DNA from: Eledone cirrhosa
Lineage: Eukaryota
Assembly: GCA_964016885.1 (NCBI GenBank)
Contig: OZ024756.1
Span: forward strand, 23,994,001 to 24,058,000
Reading direction: 5' to 3'
Length of the DNA stretch: 64,000 nt
Shown here: piece by piece, positions 58,749 to 64,000 of the stretch
Position numbering within the stretch: the stretch's first letter is position 1
Layout: each line of letters begins with the position of its first letter
Program-made: the position numbers and the translations under genes
The notes under the pieces: generated by a model
Told to the model about the DNA's origin: nothing
Seen by the model: only the letters and a program-made list of their open reading frames with translations
The model's database searches: none

Positions 58749-58836
58749 GTATATATGTATGTATGTATGTATGTATATATATATACACATATATATAAAT
58801 ACACACACATATATATATATATACATATATATATAT

Positions 58837-58869
<33 letters not shown>

Positions 58870-58888
58870 CACAGATACACATATATAC

Positions 58889-58919
<31 letters not shown>

Positions 58920-58964
58920 GACATATATACATATATATATATAAACATATACACATATACACAC

Positions 58965-59065
<101 letters not shown>

Positions 59066-59554
59066 ACACTCTTTATTAATCTATTTTAGCCATAAAGATT
59101 TGTAAATTTATTTTCTATACAGCTTTCTTTCACAAATGTATCTGTCTTCTATCGTTGTTGTTGTTGTTGTTGATATTATTATTATTTCTGGGTGTTGTTG
59201 TTATTCTTGATACTGCTGCTTTTAATCAAATCCATTTTTATTAGCATGTTGCATATTCACTAACCCTCGTCGTGTTTTGGAGAACCGCTTAACTTACATT
59301 TTGCAGTTTGTCATATAAATAACCATTAACCGTTTGAAGATTTGAAAGTATTAAAATGTTTTGACCCATTCAGTCTATATATGTACAGGCACACCCTCTC
59401 TCATGTATATAACTTGTTCAATTTTCGTTTTGTTGTTGTTTTTTTTGTTATTTTTCTTTAACTCCTCACTAAAATAAAGTTTCCCAAACCCAAGCTGTGT
59501 ATGTATTAGATTAGATGTTGTCTTCCTGTTTCTTCTACAACAACTACAACGGTA

Positions 59555-59990
59555 CGCGATGGGGCCCCACTCACAGCCCCGGCGGACAGAATAGAGAAGG
59601 CGTTTCCTCGGAGGACGGCAAGGGAGACGCACTGGAAGAGCCATTCCAACTAGCGGGGCTCACACCCTGCGGCTGGCCAGGTGAGCGCCTATGGCGGTGA
59701 GTAAGGAGGTAGCCCTGGGGCCGAGGACACCAGAAGTCTTCGCTGCCAGGGGTACGACCGCAAACCTGTCGTCGGAGAGCGACCGGTATTTGAGGAGTTT
59801 GGCCCCCTCAGCCCCACGTGCAGCAGAACCTGGGTCAGTCGCGGACTGCACCAGGTTTCGGCTGCAGAAAGTGTCGGTGCAAGTGGCATCCAAAACGAGG
59901 GGTTTGCCACCGCGGAACGGGAAGATAGTTATGCCATCTGACCTTTTGCCGTCCCCTCGATCCAACCCCACCGGCTCGAGCTGGGAAGCT
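59555..59990 (-). mobile_element. CRE-clade non-LTR retrotransposon 3' fragment (RLE)
   Basis: [33 protein letters not shown]...AEGAKLLKY...[12 protein letters not shown], then after a frameshift WLFQCVSLAVLRGNAFSIL; GC-rich island. Confidence 0.75.
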
Positions 59991-60035
59991 ATGTATATAT
60001 GAATATATATATATATATATATATATATGCATACA

Positions 60036-60071
<36 letters not shown>

Positions 60072-60125
60072 TGTATGTATGTATGTATGTATGTATGTAT
60101 GTATATATATACATATATACATATA

Positions 60126-60176
<51 letters not shown>

Positions 60177-60444
60177 CGAAGGCAGATGTACCATAACGCC
60201 CCAGAATACTCAATACTTAGGGTAATAGGAAATAGCTCGAGCCTGGAACTCTGCCGTCGGGGTAAAATTTTATTCCCATATATATATATGTATATATATA
60301 TATGAATAGACCCCTGACGGCAGAGCTCAAGCCGTTTCGACAGTTATTTCTGGATATCAGTCCAGAAATAGTTGTCGAAACGGTTTGAAGCTCTACCGAC
60401 GGGGTTCTGACTATTTTCCTATATATATATATGTATATAAATAT

Positions 60445-60680
<236 letters not shown>

Positions 60681-61270
60681 GTGTGTGTATATATATATGT
60701 ATTTACGTATGTATGTATATTTATATATGTATATATATATATATGTATATATATATGTATATATATATATATATGTATATTTACAAGTATATATATATAT
60801 ATGTATATATATATGTATATATATATACATATATATATATATATGAGTATATTTATGTATATATATATGTATATATATATACATATATATATATATATGA
60901 GTATATTTATATATATATATATATATATATACTCACATACACAAGAGCGTATATGTGTATAATTAGATATAAATGTGTATATGTATATACAGATATACAG
61001 ATATATGTGTTTGTTTGCATATTACTGTGTATATTTATACTTATGCACACACACCGGATGTTCATTTGTATATATTAATCAGCTACGCCATTTTGTTTCA
61101 TATGTATATCGTATCTTCAGTGGGGTTTCTTCTCTGATTCCTAAATTGCGTAGTTGACTGTCGCCTCCATTGATATATAAGGCCATCTTGTGCATTTTAC
61201 TGACTACTAAACCCACTATTTATTCATACTAATGTTCTGTTATTGATCTGATGATGTGTATTCATTAACA

Positions 61271-61317
<47 letters not shown>

Positions 61318-61391
61318 ACACCTATAATATATATATACATACATATATTTATATATACGTATATATATACATAATATATATAGATATATAT

Positions 61392-61479
<88 letters not shown>

Positions 61480-61541
61480 TGTTATACTTTGGGAGGGTCA
61501 TGTTTTCAGATAAAGAGTCTTGCTAAACAAATTCAGAAACG

Positions 61542-61576
<35 letters not shown>

Positions 61577-61636
61577 TGAGCGTCTCATACATACAGTTTG
61601 TGTGGAATTATTTAATCATCTTAATTACAGTTATTG

Positions 61637-61668
<32 letters not shown>

Positions 61669-61859
61669 GTTGTTGTTGTTTTGTTGTTACTATTATTACT
61701 ATCATTATTGAAAATTAACATTCCATTAATCTCATTGTTATGTTTTTATAGTACGAGCAGTGTCCTTTTTATTTTATATATATATATATGTATATACATG
61801 TGAGTGTATATATACCTATGTGTGTCTGTGTGTGTGTGTGTGTGTGTGTGTATATACCT

Positions 61860-61906
<47 letters not shown>

Positions 61907-62235
61907 AGTGTGTGTGTGTTTGTGTGTGTGTCTGTGTGTATGTGTATGAAGTATAAAATATCAGAGCACCTAAGAGCCACTTGAAGCAGGTTAAACAAAC
62001 ACATGCGGCTCTGGGGCCTCATGTTCCCGACGTCTGACATAACCCACTGTTATGAGTTCTGATTTTCTCTCGTAACCAAAAGTTGTAAAATTTTAATCAC
62101 TCCAACAACTTATTGTTCAAAAGTTTAAATCTCTTTCATAATCCACCCCGCTCAAACTTGGATCAGTCATAAACCATCGTTTTGAGCTTTCAATCACTCT
62201 TATCGTTCTGAGCTTTCAATATTTCTCATAAACCA

Positions 62236-62490
62236 TTATTCTAGGCTTTCAATAACATCTTCGATATTTCTTTTACATTTATTGTCGACCGATGGCTCTC
62301 CTCTTTTGTGTAGCAGATATTTCGTAGGGATTTCTTGTTCCTGTATTGCATAGAGATATCCTTCAAGGTGGGATGTCACAAACTTGTCGGAACGCCCTGC
62401 CAGGCTTTTTGTATGATTTATCCCCTCTATGGTCTGTGTCTTTCGTTGCAGGTACCGATGTACAACTTTCTCAGTAAATTGGTCCATTTT
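62236..62490 (-). mobile_element. R4/Dong-like retrotransposon internal fragment (second family)
   Basis: SHLEGYLYAIQEQEIPTKYL...KCKRNIEDVI resembles the EGxxxAxQDQxxxT segment preceding the CCHC knuckle of R4-clade ORFs. Confidence 0.55.
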
Positions 62491-62924
62491 TTTATATATG
62501 TATGTATGGATGTATGTATATATGTATGTGTGTATGTATGTATGCATCTATGTATGTATGGTGCACGTATGTATGTATCCATCTATGTATGTATGCATGC
62601 ACGTATGTATACATGTATGTAGGTATGTATATATTCTCAAGAATTCTTCACCTTACTGGAGACTCAACACAATTAATGTTATTACGAAGTGATGGCATCA
62701 GGTTCAATGTGAAAGACGTTTTTATGAAGTTCTAATGAACTTACGAAACAATTTCAAACAAAACATATCCTAAGATCCCTACACATCCGCTGGGCGCGGC
62801 AACATTTCCCGTTTATTAGAAATATCTATGTGTATATCTATATATATTTCCGGGTATTTATGTCCCTATATATATATATATGTCTGTGTGTGTATATATA
62901 CACACACACATATATATATATATG

Positions 62925-63016
<92 letters not shown>

Positions 63017-63084
63017 ATATATATACTTATATGTGTGTGTATTTAGGTGTGTGTGTGCATGTATATGTATGCATATATATATAT

Positions 63085-63147
<63 letters not shown>

Positions 63148-63270
63148 TCACACATACACATATACCTACATATATATATTTATATATACGCATAATTAAA
63201 TACATACATGCACATCAAAGCACACACACACACATATACATATATATATATATACATATATATATCTATA

Positions 63271-63313
<43 letters not shown>

Positions 63314-63412
63314 TATATGTATATATATATATGTGTGTGTGTGTGTTCATATATATATAGATAGATAGATATAGAATATATATATATTTATAGATATAGA
63401 GTATATATGTAA

Positions 63413-63707
<295 letters not shown>

Positions 63708-64000
63708 AAAGTAGATATTTTCAAACATCTGCATATACTTGAAGTGTAAATGCTTTAGAGATGGACTTTTACGATGAGTCTTAGAAACAACAAATAATTA
63801 AATAAGCTGCGAATTGGGGAAGGGGAAACTACAAAGACATAACAAAACACAATAAAATCTCCTGTTAAACCATTACAATGGTGGTACATAGGAAATATAT
63901 TGGATCATCTTTTAATCAGTGAAAGAAATTGTGAGGGTATAAATGCGATGTTGATGTGTGATATGTGAGTGTGTGTGTCTGTATATATATATATATATAT

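Overview
Eukaryotic, microsatellite-saturated DNA that looks like an octopus (coleoid cephalopod) genome, judging by the SINE families and the (TA)n/(CA)n/(TAA)n density. Almost all ORFs in the supplied track are microsatellite artefacts. The window lies within one large + strand gene: three spliced exons (20601-20703, 27486-27629, 45237-45332) encode two parts of a WIF domain and one EGF repeat of a WIF1/shifted orthologue. The introns hold a decayed Chapaev3-type (RAG1/Transib-related) transposon, two Helitron copies, hAT-type MITEs, many tRNA-derived SINEs, and fragments of RTE, Dong/R4, Tx1, CRE and Penelope-like retroelements. Several minisatellites and an interstitial telomeric repeat are also present. 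The most striking signal is in the short unique islands between (TA)n arrays. These repeatedly contain type I hammerhead ribozyme motifs: five fold completely by eye (one is a mirror-image copy) and about ten are partial. They often sit in long inverted repeats near a shared GAGTACTC palindrome, and one family has a conserved, greatly extended stem II. All structures and family calls were read by eye and need computational and biochemical confirmation.
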